Of a stretch of 64,000 nucleotides of DNA, positions 11,101 to 20,209 are shown piece after piece (within the stretch, counting starts at the first letter, position 1; the number at the start of each line of letters is the position of its first letter). Source of the stretch: a virus (Duplodnaviria; Caudoviricetes); the IMG/VR virus record IMGVR_UViG_3300033076_001139, positions 87,106 through 151,105 of that record; one strand, given 5' to 3'. The notes below the pieces were generated by a model. It was not told the origin of the DNA. It saw nothing but the letters and a program-made list of their open reading frames with translations, and ran no database searches. Position numbers and translations under genes: made by a program.

Positions 11101-12806
11101 ACCTACTACAGATCCCGTCGGAGGACTTATCCCTCGTTACCGATTTCATGATGATGGCGCGGCCCGTCTATACACGGCCAAATGTCGTCGGTCTTCTCTA
11201 CATAGTCGATGACGTAACGGTAGAGGACGACGTCTACTTTGACGGCACACTGCTTCTGTTTGACGATCCCGCGTTCAGCGTAGAGTCTACGCACATGGTG
11301 GACGACTACGACGAGAGTAGCGTCTCGCTACGAACGCTAGACGTAGGCTCGTTCGGTACGCGAGTACTGTTCAGGGGCAGGGACCTGTCTACCGTCGGTG
11401 GTACGGGCAGTGGACTACTATCCGTGACCTCGGCCCGCGGTGGATTTGTTGAGCCGCTGACCTCTGCCGTCAACGGCTATTTCTCTTCTGTAGAAACGCG
11501 AGGTGCTGGGTTTGTGAAGGGTGCGCAAGACGTCGTCAAGTTTCCTGGAGACGTTCTACGCATCCTTACTGGGCCAAATGCAGGAGTCTACGAAATCCAA
11601 GAGGTCGTCAGCGACACTGAGTTAGTCGTTCGGGCCTTCGGTACGTACTTCTTCGCGGAAACAGGGGTTGAGGGACCAAACCCAGATGAGGCCTCCCCTG
11701 CGGACAATCAAGAGTTCACGATCCAACGCCTAAACGGCATGCTGGTTGCCTATGGCTCCGGTACTGTGCTGAACGGCTCACCCAGCATCTTTGATAACTC
11801 CGGCAACTTCATCGTTAACAACGTCACCGTCGGAGATGTTGTGCTCGTCATTGACTCTGTCGGGGATGCGGTCGAGCGTTCGGTGCTGGATGTGGTTCGT
11901 GCGGCATCAGGAACGCAAGACTCGACAGAGATTGTTCTTAGCAAGGAGTTCCTCTCCGACGACGTAGTTGAGTACTACGTTTACCGAGAAGCTCTATTTC
12001 AGAACCCGTTGCTGATTACCGACAAGGCAAGCACAAACGGGACTTCTGTAATCTCGACCCTTGGGCATCAAGGGTCTTTCCTGCGCGCCGGGGACATCCT
12101 TGAGATTGTCATGGGAGACCCCGCCGATATAGGTAAAACGTTTGAGATTGCTGGTATCCCCAACCCCGACGACATTATCGTGCTGCTTGGCTCGCAGACC
12201 CTCGCCACCGTCTCAAACGTGGCCATCAAGGTTACTCGCCCTTCGCTAGTCAACGCTGAAGACTCAGACTCCGCACTTGAGACACTATGGACGGGCGAAG
12301 AGACTACGTTTGACGTAATGAACCCTGTTGCGATTGTTGTGCCAGAGGGGGTCGTAACTGACGCAGTAGTGAGCGTATCCGCAAGCTCAGTGACCTCCGC
12401 GACGGACTTTGCCGCTGCGGGCGTAACCTCGGGAATGCGTGTGCAGTTTCCTGCCTCTTCTCCAAACGCCGGCGTCTACGAGATCGCCACTGTCAGTACG
12501 ACAACTCTGACGCTGGCAACTCCGCCAAACGCAGATGAGTCAGGTGCCGACCTGACGGTCGTAGAAAACTCCGTCGAGTTCATTGTAGACGGGGTGGGTA
12601 ACGTCACCTCCGTATCTGGATACAACTTCTTGGGGGATCTCAGCTACGATCCTTTCGTGGCAAGCCTAAGCCCCGGCGACATCTTCGAGTACGAGGGGAT
12701 TCAAGTTATGATCGCAGATGTCTCTGCGACTAGCTTTCACCTTTGCTGGATACCTCCCTTTGCGGGGACGTATACTGGTCGGGTCTTCAGAACACGAAGG
12801 ACATGA
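8103..12806 (+). CDS. Large baseplate/tail structural protein with N-terminal PKD/Ig-like domain
   Basis: 'VRLNASSSYDSGGEVISFTWEF...FTPDQVGTYVVQLTI' is PKD-like, and there are many GD.l.i..G.n.G.Y.I repeats. Start moved from 8082 to ATG 8103, which has SD AGGAG. Confidence 0.65.
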   Translation: MSVSIVLAPAEFVTSPGVAVRLNASSSYDSGGEVISFTWEFTQIPVGSRLTAADIASADLENSVVIFTPDQVGTYVVQLTIENESGATAVATSTVMSQYSLGFTKEPTTPDASYVFSLIPDFWKSVANNEVFSVLWSGYTQVVGTDISRAYQNSDAKSLATVRGLYERRWLPYHPFYSLEGVNYTAIVGDVQGGLGARTTDDSQAATAVVISHQELLLLGDVPSERAVGQQVVISSGGNAGSYSVLRVNSDNTGYVVQRSSLSPAADTITAGSDLYGVRTSPVFTSATVDFVAAGVVAGDVLKLVAGADSGYYIVQKVGLADGLLSDRQVQIETSLIRNRTGLSFTVLRPCALSVDFPGAAYSTRVYLPTAEADLAKYQAPTFSGSGNVRGSYEIAVAPRHVFDSMVGKQILVTSGPDGGATFVISGINGARDGYFLSSALSAGPGASFSYVLSAPYEITDRLITVGGVTAPILGATLSGSDWVITVPSETVPAGLSSAAWYIGHVCTLTGTDIEEQGASPGDVLVLTARETRTGYATEISAAVLGAYANKVMFANGTRMPTLFSGSPAISEFTDAEKYKFFNDLLVPTASYDAATETVTLSRVALSVAAEIGSLAFQTRNYNLPLSDETIITADAVSVVVTLGGLLRNTKIKVDNYLRSAPALFEYIRDPVFQQNGASFTVAAQDGTTTDLARAPAVLQHNDEYVIDYDLVLRGSDASVIAGADTVTIPDIRLLSIGVTAGDMLKLRIGSAFGNYVICKVTGEATVVVRPTVGASTTFTATKTGLHYEIVRRKDFNFLRMLPGVFSSAHAAPRHLWAEISLFDNSPTIEANFGTLVGITKAELDAYGTSQDSYLTVVRGLAYGLTHGPTLLNVVTSANLLLGVPVSPKTGIVYDIDEEFSVSHGRMTLQDISDDGIPQASYRSFLYAREGHAAPGFYGLAVNPLTGASLSVGDVVLDNQILSRAVAVTDYVDDPNWWRRYGSLSGRELEKYHSWEVVGDLLQIPSEDLSLVTDFMMMARPVYTRPNVVGLLYIVDDVTVEDDVYFDGTLLLFDDPAFSVESTHMVDDYDESSVSLRTLDVGSFGTRVLFRGRDLSTVGGTGSGLLSVTSARGGFVEPLTSAVNGYFSSVETRGAGFVKGAQDVVKFPGDVLRILTGPNAGVYEIQEVVSDTELVVRAFGTYFFAETGVEGPNPDEASPADNQEFTIQRLNGMLVAYGSGTVLNGSPSIFDNSGNFIVNNVTVGDVVLVIDSVGDAVERSVLDVVRAASGTQDSTEIVLSKEFLSDDVVEYYVYREALFQNPLLITDKASTNGTSVISTLGHQGSFLRAGDILEIVMGDPADIGKTFEIAGIPNPDDIIVLLGSQTLATVSNVAIKVTRPSLVNAEDSDSALETLWTGEETTFDVMNPVAIVVPEGVVTDAVVSVSASSVTSATDFAAAGVTSGMRVQFPASSPNAGVYEIATVSTTTLTLATPPNADESGADLTVVENSVEFIVDGVGNVTSVSGYNFLGDLSYDPFVASLSPGDIFEYEGIQVMIADVSATSFHLCWIPPFAGTYTGRVFRTRRT

Positions 12807-13000
12807 TGGGCGCGTTCTCTAAGTTCCTTGAGGCCCCTAGGGTAGTAGACAGCCTACGCATTGTGGGAAAAGGCCTGCTGCCGAAGACTTCCTCTGCAAA
12901 GTACACAATTAACGGCAAACTCCCTACTGCCGAAGACATCATGGCGCGTTTTGGGGTAGACAGGGAATACGCTGACGCGTTCCTCCGGAGAAATGCATGA
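12803..13000 (+). CDS. Hypothetical small protein
   Basis: ATGA overlaps at both ends (12803-12806 and 12997-13000) indicate a coupled gene. Confidence 0.55.
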   Translation: MMGAFSKFLEAPRVVDSLRIVGKGLLPKTSSAKYTINGKLPTAEDIMARFGVDREYADAFLRRNA

Positions 13001-13614
13001 ACCCGCTTTTCAGGATCTTCTCGCCCTCCGTATGGCGCTCTGTCATCCACCATGACCCTATGGTGGAGGGGCGTTTTCGCGCGGAGACACGCGAGGGCGG
13101 AAAGCGGCGGCAGGTAGTTGAGGGTAAGAATATCTGGACGCTGACCGGCCGTGAATATCTGGCAGAGATGATTGCCCTTAGCTCCCGCAGCCCGCGCACT
13201 ACGTTCCGAGAGGACCGCGTCTCGTACATCGGCCTAGGAATCGGCTCGCAAGCCGAAGTCGCAAACATCGAGTCTCTAGTAGACCCAGTTCCCTACGCGA
13301 CCGCCGAGTTTCTTGCGACTACGCAGACGCCTGCTCTGTTTCCGGCCTCGGGAACCGGAACTCCGATCACAAGCGTTCAGTTTGTGCGCGAGTTTGGAAC
13401 TGACGAGATCAGCTACGACGGCTCCGCAGTTGTACTGACTGAGGCCGGGCTGTTTACCGACGGGGACCCCAATAATGACTGGGCTCTCGGCTCACTAGAC
13501 ACGACGTTTGCGGTCGCCTCTGGGCGGGCCCCGGTTGCCTACAAGACTTTTGAGCCCATCACAAAGACCACGAGCTTTACCATGCGCGTGATCTGGGAGA
13601 TTCGATTCGTATGA
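12997..13614 (+). CDS. Tail-fibre attachment/collar-like structural protein
   Basis: Pattern 'N..T..GR..LA...YIGLGIG...TEAGLF...YKTF.PI.K....V.WEI.F' is typical of phage tail-collar/fibre-proximal proteins. Located upstream of the fibre gene. Confidence 0.6.
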   Translation: MNPLFRIFSPSVWRSVIHHDPMVEGRFRAETREGGKRRQVVEGKNIWTLTGREYLAEMIALSSRSPRTTFREDRVSYIGLGIGSQAEVANIESLVDPVPYATAEFLATTQTPALFPASGTGTPITSVQFVREFGTDEISYDGSAVVLTEAGLFTDGDPNNDWALGSLDTTFAVASGRAPVAYKTFEPITKTTSFTMRVIWEIRFV

Positions 13615-16600
13615 GCACCCCTTACGTTCGTCGTCCTAACCTCGAAGGAAACACCGATGTCCCTGTCCAGGTGCAGCCGTACCTTCAGGGAACGGTTCGT
13701 AAGACCTCTGCGGGAATCGTCCCCGGGTTTGCAGCATTAGTTGCTACTGACGCGGCAGATCTTGTAGTTGAGTCCGATCTTTCAGGCGGAGGGCCGATTA
13801 CGGTCACATTTACGCCCGGTCACTCCGACCTACTCACGGACATCATCTCGACGATCAATGGGTACGTGTCTGGGGCTGTGACTGCATCTGAGAGAGACGG
13901 CTGTCTGCGGATTCAGACGGACGGGGTCGGGGAGACCGTACTGGGCGTCAAGTCCTTTATCCGCGTATATCCAGCCACGAATAATTACCTTGGCACGGGG
14001 ATTCCGCAGGACTGCGCACCACTTTTCGGGTTTGCGTGCCATCCTGACCCGGCCGCAACGGTAACTGCTGGAGATATAGAATCAGCTGCTACGCGTCCGG
14101 TAGAGCAGGGAAATCTTCCTGGTACGCGGTTTGTGGCGCGAGGCGAGGATCGCACGTCGGCGGCGTTCAATCGCGCACTCTCTCAACTTGCCTTGAACGC
14201 GGATGTGACGCGTACTGCCGCTGTGCGGGAGGCCTACTACCCCGTTGAGGTTGAACTAGATTTCAACGACGCGTACGCTGCCGGCTGGCTAAGATTCGAT
14301 GCAAGCGGGAATACCACTCAGATCAAGCTGTCTGCGTTGTCCGACCTGTTCCCACTCCTCACTGGGCGCCTGTACGTAGGAAACCTCTCAAACACCTCTA
14401 CTCTTCGAGAGATTGCAAAGTATTGGAGTGTGTCTGACGTTGAAGGGCGTGCTCTCTCCGTCTATGACGCGTACTACGAGACTACGAGGACCCTGAGAAT
14501 CGGTGCGGTTACGCGCGGAGAGCAGGGTTTTGGGCGGATGCACTTCCCCGACGAGGACTCTGCGCCCACTAGCACAGTTCCCGACACGCAATACGTAGTG
14601 GCCGACGGCAGGAACGCTCTAGGAGTCTCCCGCCTGAAGCAGCCTACTGCTGCGATCACGGAGATTCGCGGAAGGACAAATGTTGTATGCGGGTCTCTTG
14701 CAACCCCGGCTGTCACCCCTACTTCTACAACATCTCCAACGGCAGGCGTTGGATTTAAGTCCCACGGCGTAACAAAAGGCGACATCGCCGTAATTGCAAG
14801 TGCGACAGTCACGTCGCCGTTTTGCCACAACGGCACCTACTACGTCGAGGACGTGGTATCCGAGCAGGAGCTAATCCTGCGCCCTATCGCAGACACTGAT
14901 GTAGAGTCCCTCAACCCAAGCGATGCTGGTTCATTTGGCGAGATCACAATCTACAGCAGCAAGGAGTGGGAAGCAGAGGCCTGGGTCACTCTCGACCCGC
15001 CGCTGCCCCGGTTCCCGAACAATAAGCTGGTTATCTCCTTCGGGCTGGAGCGTGAAACGCTTAACCAGCGCGAGGACGTTTACGCCTCGTACACGGACAC
15101 CTCTGCGGTACCGGAGAATGTAGAGCTTACCGCATTTCAGGGCTTACAGTTCCGCCAGCGGCAAAGCCTTGGCGGGGCGTACGCGGGTATGTCCGCAGAC
15201 AGAACCGCAGACGCGGGCTCAATCATTAAGGAGAGAACCCGCCCGGTTACCCTTGTTGCGCCAGAGAAAACCCCGCCCTCGGCAGGAACGTACGTGCGGG
15301 GTCCATTTTCGGGTAGTTTGCTTGGAGATGGCGTACTAGCTGCTTTGGGGGGTACACCTCCGACGTACGACGACACCTTCACAATTGGCGATGTTGGGCG
15401 AGTTGTTAAGCTGTCAGGAGTGGGCGTTTTGTTTGATCAGGAGCCATTCCTGATTACTGAGTTTATTGACGGCGCGCACGTGCGCCTGTCCCCACTTGGC
15501 GCGCTGCCAGGAGTAGAGCTTTCTAACTACGGCGCAGCAACATATGAGGTGTACGACGACGTGGTGGACTACCCCACACCGCTCCTAACCCTAATTGCGC
15601 CTGAGATGGATCGAGATGGCAGGGATTTGGCCGACGTAGGCGTGCTTTATATTCGCGAACAAAACGATGCAGCCCCTCCGTATATGATGCCCACTAGGCG
15701 GCACGGACGGTCCCTGCTGCACCTAGAACGCGTAGCTATCGGGCACAATTCTGGGACTGCTTCAGATCTGCTGTTTAAGCTTATAACAAGCAACACAGCC
15801 ACGACTGTGACGCTACCTATCAACATAGAGGCGTTTCAAAACATCTTTGCGGTAGAGGGCGGAGACACACGTCCAGTAGAGCCTCCGTACAACGGAGGAT
15901 CAGTATTCCGGATCATAAACGGCCCTAATGCCGGCTTTTATCTGCTGCAAAAGACTACAAGTGCGGGCGAACTGACACTGCGGACACTGGATGGAGACCC
16001 CGTATCTCTAGATACTTCGGTGACCGTTGACCAGTTTGGCGTGTTCTACAACGCGCATGTGTCTATCGGCCACACACTGGCTGGGGCAGGATACGGCGAT
16101 GTCGCCTACCGTACTGCCAAGCTACGCGTCTTTTTCGACTCACTTGAGCAGGGTGAGGAGGCAGGCGTAGGCCTTTCTCTAGACTGGCGCGGGCAAGGCG
16201 CGGGCATAGCTGCGCAACTTAATGATGCCGACTTTGTCGCGTATGACTCCGGTGCTGGGGCTATCGGCTACTTTCAGCACGTAAAAGGCTATGCTCCTGC
16301 CCACGGGGAGCTATTTGACCTAAAAGGAGCTACATCAGGAGATTTAGACCGCCGTTCCGTTCGCGGCGGCACATGGGTAGTGGAATCAAATAGCCGAGAC
16401 CTTGCCGTATTTGGTGTGACGTCTGATACTCCAAACGCGTGGGCAGGCTGGTTTGCGCAGACAGGCCTAGACGGCACCCTAGTGGTCACCAAGGTAGAGC
16501 CTTCGCGTTCCTGGGCGTACCATACGGCTCCCGCAAACGGGGCACCGCTGGAACTCGGGGACATGGCCCCCACAGCTGCTCTATCCGTAATTTACGATGG

Positions 16601-19088
16601 AACCTCTCAAGCCCGAAACGCTGCAATTGACGTAGTAGGGTCTATTTATCAGCGCACTCGTGAGACGGGCAGTGTAGACCAGGGGGATGTGGGCCACGGC
16701 GGTATATTCTCTGAGTCGGGGGTGGGAGCTGGGCGTTGGGCACACCCAATTCCGTCCGGTGTGCCCTTTATCGGCATACTTGGTTTAGACGGTAGCCGCC
16801 CAACTACTCTCGGAGAGCCAGGAGTGATGTACCCGTACACGGGCGCAGCTCCTGTGAATGCAGCCACCTTACCCCCCGATTATGGTAGGTTTAACCAACC
16901 ACATAACGGGTTTATTGTGCTTCCCGCTGATGCCCTAGACCGCCCGTGGTCCCGGTGGGTTGGTCAGCGTGCTCATGTAGACTACCCAGGAATTGGTGTT
17001 GTAACTCATGAGATTTGCTCAGTAGTCGTAAACGGTCCTATGCAGTACGTGGCGGTGTACAACCACGGGTTCGCTGACCTCCCGAACAATCCAGGCGTAA
17101 CTGTCTGGATAAGTGGGGAACGGTGGGAGCGTGCCTACGTAAACGTGGCAGACTACGCGTTTGTGGGCACGCACGATACGAGTACCGACTCCGAAAAGGC
17201 GTATCTACCCTTTATAACATCTGCAGAAACGCCCAGCGTGTCGCGGGTGCCTACTCCTATTCCGGGGGGTTTTTCGCACCGAGTAGACGGCCTATTGAGT
17301 CCGCCTAGGATAGAGGCCGGAACGGCCGGGGTTGGTGTAGGAGCGGTTAACGCACTAAGCGACGCTCCCCTTACCGCTGGTAAATCCTTGGCCGGATATA
17401 CCGAAACGTACGTCGATAACGTCCACATAGGAGACTGGCAGTACGACGCCGAGGAGCCACGCAGCGGGTACCCGAATAAAGGCATATCAATAGGCGGCAT
17501 TAATAATAGCCATCCGGGGGTCTTTCCCGTTGACGACGTATCTGTGACGTACGTCAGCCACGGCTGCGATATTGCCGCAGGGTACTCCCCATTATTGGGA
17601 GGTTCCCTGCATGTACATGCCAGCGGCGGCACTGGTGACTCCGTCGCACGGGTATGGAGCTACCCGTTTACTCTCTCTGAAAACGTATACGCGGTTCGCG
17701 CCCACGTTATCATGAACCCGTACCTTTCCCCGCGACGAAACCTGGTACTCGCTCTTCGTAGAACGGACGGAACTCTTATTGCGGCCTCCCATACTTACGG
17801 AGTAAATGGAGACGAGGTTCAGGAGATCGACCATACTTTTGACCTGTGCGATCTTGTACAACGTGGCGGAGATGCGCTGTCTGGTGAGGTAGTAAGCGCG
17901 TGTCTTACCCTAGATGTACAAATAAAAGATACGGAAAACCCTGCTTACGTAGTTCATTCGGGGTTTTACCTGATGCAGCTTGCGGCTCGGCCGCTTGCAA
18001 AAGTGCTGCGCGCTGGGTCGTTATCCGTAGACGGCCTTATGACGGTTGGGGTGCTGCGGGCTAGCACGGCAGTAAAGGGGTATTCTACAGTAGGCCCTGC
18101 GCAGGCCGGGTGGCTTATCAACTCGGAGTACGCTTTAGTAGACGGGGCGGGTAGTACGTCTGTCTCGGCCTACCAAGAGTACGCGAGTCAGGAAGGGCGT
18201 ACTGGGTTCATCGTAGTGGGAGGCCAGACGTATTCGTTGCTGCCAGAGGCAGGTAGATACTTCAACCGTGGCAGGCACTCAGCCGCGATCGTTGGCTACC
18301 ATCCGGCATTTGATCCGTTCTTCTTCAGGCACTCAGTCGATATAGCGGACGGCGTAGTACCGGGACGTACGGGTTTTGTGCTACCTGTGGAGATCCCGCA
18401 CGGTGCGCGTATTGTGTCAATTTCTCACATGTGTAGCCTGCGTCCGTGCTACTCAAACAACGTGGGGTCTGGAGCTACTGCATCACCGGATCATTCCGAC
18501 TTCCAAGTATGGCACACAGATCCGTTTGCTTCGAGCGCCATTCCGACGACCGCGGATAATAAGCCTGATTGGGATTCATCCGAGGGGTACAGGATAACGC
18601 TCTTCCGACAAAATTGTGTACCCTTCGACGTGGAAATGGAGCAGTTTACTACGTCAGGCGCACTACCCGAGGGGTTTGCCGAACCACTATGGACAAAGAT
18701 CATCGACCTATCCTCCACAACCGAGCCAGCTGCTGCCGACCTAGAAGAGCACTCAATTAAGGATTTTTCCGCCCTGTTTGATACGTCTGCCGCCACAATC
18801 CCCGCCTACTTGATCGCAGACCGCCGGCAGTACGACTACTTTGTAACAATAGAGTTCTATATAGGTTGTCGGGTAAACAACAGTGGCGTCTACGAGTACC
18901 GTACGGGATTCTCTCCCGTACCTACCACGCTATCCCTAGCTAGCGGGGCGGAGATCGGCGCCACACCTACTGGAGAGTTCCGTAGTGGTGTGTTCTCTGA
19001 GGAATTCCCTAGACCCCCCGTTTTTAAGTTTAGAGGACTTCGTGTAGGCTGGGTAAACGACCGGGTAGGTAACGGAGGATGGGGATGA
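13611..19088 (+). CDS. Putative tail fibre / receptor-binding protein (1825 aa)
   Basis: N-terminal 'GEDRTSAAFNRALSQLALN' resembles fibre-anchor segments. Long beta-rich Gly/Thr/Val body. Last large gene of the tail module. Confidence 0.55.
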   Translation: MSTPYVRRPNLEGNTDVPVQVQPYLQGTVRKTSAGIVPGFAALVATDAADLVVESDLSGGGPITVTFTPGHSDLLTDIISTINGYVSGAVTASERDGCLRIQTDGVGETVLGVKSFIRVYPATNNYLGTGIPQDCAPLFGFACHPDPAATVTAGDIESAATRPVEQGNLPGTRFVARGEDRTSAAFNRALSQLALNADVTRTAAVREAYYPVEVELDFNDAYAAGWLRFDASGNTTQIKLSALSDLFPLLTGRLYVGNLSNTSTLREIAKYWSVSDVEGRALSVYDAYYETTRTLRIGAVTRGEQGFGRMHFPDEDSAPTSTVPDTQYVVADGRNALGVSRLKQPTAAITEIRGRTNVVCGSLATPAVTPTSTTSPTAGVGFKSHGVTKGDIAVIASATVTSPFCHNGTYYVEDVVSEQELILRPIADTDVESLNPSDAGSFGEITIYSSKEWEAEAWVTLDPPLPRFPNNKLVISFGLERETLNQREDVYASYTDTSAVPENVELTAFQGLQFRQRQSLGGAYAGMSADRTADAGSIIKERTRPVTLVAPEKTPPSAGTYVRGPFSGSLLGDGVLAALGGTPPTYDDTFTIGDVGRVVKLSGVGVLFDQEPFLITEFIDGAHVRLSPLGALPGVELSNYGAATYEVYDDVVDYPTPLLTLIAPEMDRDGRDLADVGVLYIREQNDAAPPYMMPTRRHGRSLLHLERVAIGHNSGTASDLLFKLITSNTATTVTLPINIEAFQNIFAVEGGDTRPVEPPYNGGSVFRIINGPNAGFYLLQKTTSAGELTLRTLDGDPVSLDTSVTVDQFGVFYNAHVSIGHTLAGAGYGDVAYRTAKLRVFFDSLEQGEEAGVGLSLDWRGQGAGIAAQLNDADFVAYDSGAGAIGYFQHVKGYAPAHGELFDLKGATSGDLDRRSVRGGTWVVESNSRDLAVFGVTSDTPNAWAGWFAQTGLDGTLVVTKVEPSRSWAYHTAPANGAPLELGDMAPTAALSVIYDGTSQARNAAIDVVGSIYQRTRETGSVDQGDVGHGGIFSESGVGAGRWAHPIPSGVPFIGILGLDGSRPTTLGEPGVMYPYTGAAPVNAATLPPDYGRFNQPHNGFIVLPADALDRPWSRWVGQRAHVDYPGIGVVTHEICSVVVNGPMQYVAVYNHGFADLPNNPGVTVWISGERWERAYVNVADYAFVGTHDTSTDSEKAYLPFITSAETPSVSRVPTPIPGGFSHRVDGLLSPPRIEAGTAGVGVGAVNALSDAPLTAGKSLAGYTETYVDNVHIGDWQYDAEEPRSGYPNKGISIGGINNSHPGVFPVDDVSVTYVSHGCDIAAGYSPLLGGSLHVHASGGTGDSVARVWSYPFTLSENVYAVRAHVIMNPYLSPRRNLVLALRRTDGTLIAASHTYGVNGDEVQEIDHTFDLCDLVQRGGDALSGEVVSACLTLDVQIKDTENPAYVVHSGFYLMQLAARPLAKVLRAGSLSVDGLMTVGVLRASTAVKGYSTVGPAQAGWLINSEYALVDGAGSTSVSAYQEYASQEGRTGFIVVGGQTYSLLPEAGRYFNRGRHSAAIVGYHPAFDPFFFRHSVDIADGVVPGRTGFVLPVEIPHGARIVSISHMCSLRPCYSNNVGSGATASPDHSDFQVWHTDPFASSAIPTTADNKPDWDSSEGYRITLFRQNCVPFDVEMEQFTTSGALPEGFAEPLWTKIIDLSSTTEPAAADLEEHSIKDFSALFDTSAATIPAYLIADRRQYDYFVTIEFYIGCRVNNSGVYEYRTGFSPVPTTLSLASGAEIGATPTGEFRSGVFSEEFPRPPVFKFRGLRVGWVNDRVGNGGWG

Positions 19089-19456
19089 GTGGAATAGACG
19101 GGCTCCTGACTCTGTTCGGTAGCGAGGCGTTTCTCATGAACTGCCTCGCTACTTACGCCGTAGTCCACGTTGCCCGCGCAAATACGTCGGTCATCTCGGT
19201 AGAGAACCGGCGCTGGGCCAAACTTGCTATCGACGTCGCCAACCTCGTGGTTGGCGTGTCGGTATCCTTGATGGTGAAGTACTCCGACAGTCCGGCAACC
19301 AACGTAGTTGTTGGATTAATCGCAGCACTATTTTCTGCGCAAGTGTACAACACGGTGAAGCGGTATCTGCCTGAGAAGTTAGGCGGAGAAAACGACGCAA
19401 TCATCGTTGAGCGCGAGGAGCGTCGTCGTAGGAAGACGGACTCCGCAGGAAACTAG
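19085..19456 (+). CDS. Holin-like membrane protein
   Basis: Three hydrophobic segments and a highly charged C-terminus (EREERRRRK). Follows the tail fibre and is coupled by ATGA at 19085-19088. Confidence 0.5.
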   Translation: MSGIDGLLTLFGSEAFLMNCLATYAVVHVARANTSVISVENRRWAKLAIDVANLVVGVSVSLMVKYSDSPATNVVVGLIAALFSAQVYNTVKRYLPEKLGGENDAIIVEREERRRRKTDSAGN

Positions 19457-19459
19457 GCC

Positions 19460-19954
19460 ATGATCATCGTCCACTCGTCTGCGTTCAGCCCCAACCAGGT
19501 GGCCGCCTTCATGGCGGCTCACATGGACAGACTCTCTGCCACTTACATAACGCAGGCCGATATTGACGCAGGAAGAAGCACCGACGGCGTCACATGGGTC
19601 TCAGACCTCATTGGCGTGCTAGCAGACGAAATCGCCAGTGTGGTCGGTGACAAGGTCTGCCTTGTCGCGCATACCTCGCATTTCGACACGCCGTACCCGG
19701 TCCTGCGCGGGGTGCTCATCGCCACGTGCCATGGGGAACTGGCGGACGTAGAGGACATCGTGATCCACGCCGACTATCGTGGGTCGGGCGTAGGTCGCGC
19801 ATTACTCGATAAGTTTTGCAACATTGCAAAGTCACGGGGCTGCGTAGAGGCCGAAGGGCACATAAACCCGGGCAACCGCGGATCGCTTATTGCCGCGCAG
19901 TCCTGGGGATTTGAGCACGTGGGCGACACACGAGTCATCAGGAAGCTAAAATAA
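19460..19954 (+). CDS. GNAT-family acetyltransferase
   Basis: Acetyl-CoA motif A 'IVIHADYRGSGVGRALL' and motif B 'NPGNRGS....SWGF'. Confidence 0.8.
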   Translation: MIIVHSSAFSPNQVAAFMAAHMDRLSATYITQADIDAGRSTDGVTWVSDLIGVLADEIASVVGDKVCLVAHTSHFDTPYPVLRGVLIATCHGELADVEDIVIHADYRGSGVGRALLDKFCNIAKSRGCVEAEGHINPGNRGSLIAAQSWGFEHVGDTRVIRKLK

Positions 19955-19974
19955 AAGCCCCTCCGTAGAGGGGC
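19948..19974 (-). terminator. Intrinsic terminator at the convergence of tail and replication operons
   Basis: Minus strand reads GCCCCTC-TACG-GAGGGGC (C-UACG-G tetraloop) followed by TTTTATTTT. Confidence 0.8.
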
Positions 19975-19980
19975 CTTGCT

Positions 19981-20139
19981 TCAACGACGCCCGAGGGCCT
20001 CTTCGACAATGCGCAGTCGGTAGATCTGCTGCACCATCCACTCCCTCGACTTGTCAGGATCAAGGGAGATACTCAGCTCGCGGTAAGCAAAGTCGGATAG
20101 TTCCTCTTTGCTCATCCCATCCAGCTCAGACGTCTCCAT
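19981..20139 (-). CDS. Small helix-extension-helix (Rho-N-like) protein
   Basis: 'ELDGMSKEELSDFAYRELSISLDPDKSREWMVQQI' pattern. Start taken at ATG 20139 rather than 20346. Confidence 0.45.
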   Translation of the reverse strand: METSELDGMSKEELSDFAYRELSISLDPDKSREWMVQQIYRLRIVEEALGRR

Positions 20140-20149
20140 GTACACGAAG

Positions 20150-20187
20150 GCCCCGGAGGTATCCGGTTTCTCGGGGGCCTCCGGGGC
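20150..20187 (-). terminator. GC-rich stem-loop (attenuator or mRNA-stabilising)
   Basis: Perfect 10-bp inverted repeat GCCCCGGAGG (20150-20159) / CCTCCGGGGC (20178-20187) just after the stop at 20210, with only a weak U-tract. Confidence 0.4.
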
Positions 20188-20209
20188 TACGTCAGGGCTA
20201 TTGCCCCGG

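Noticed and set aside
19079-19087. Met-Gly-Met dual start as a holin/antiholin switch
   Set aside because: No charged residue between the two Met codons, unlike lambda S, and the second ATG is explained by coupling to the upstream stop.
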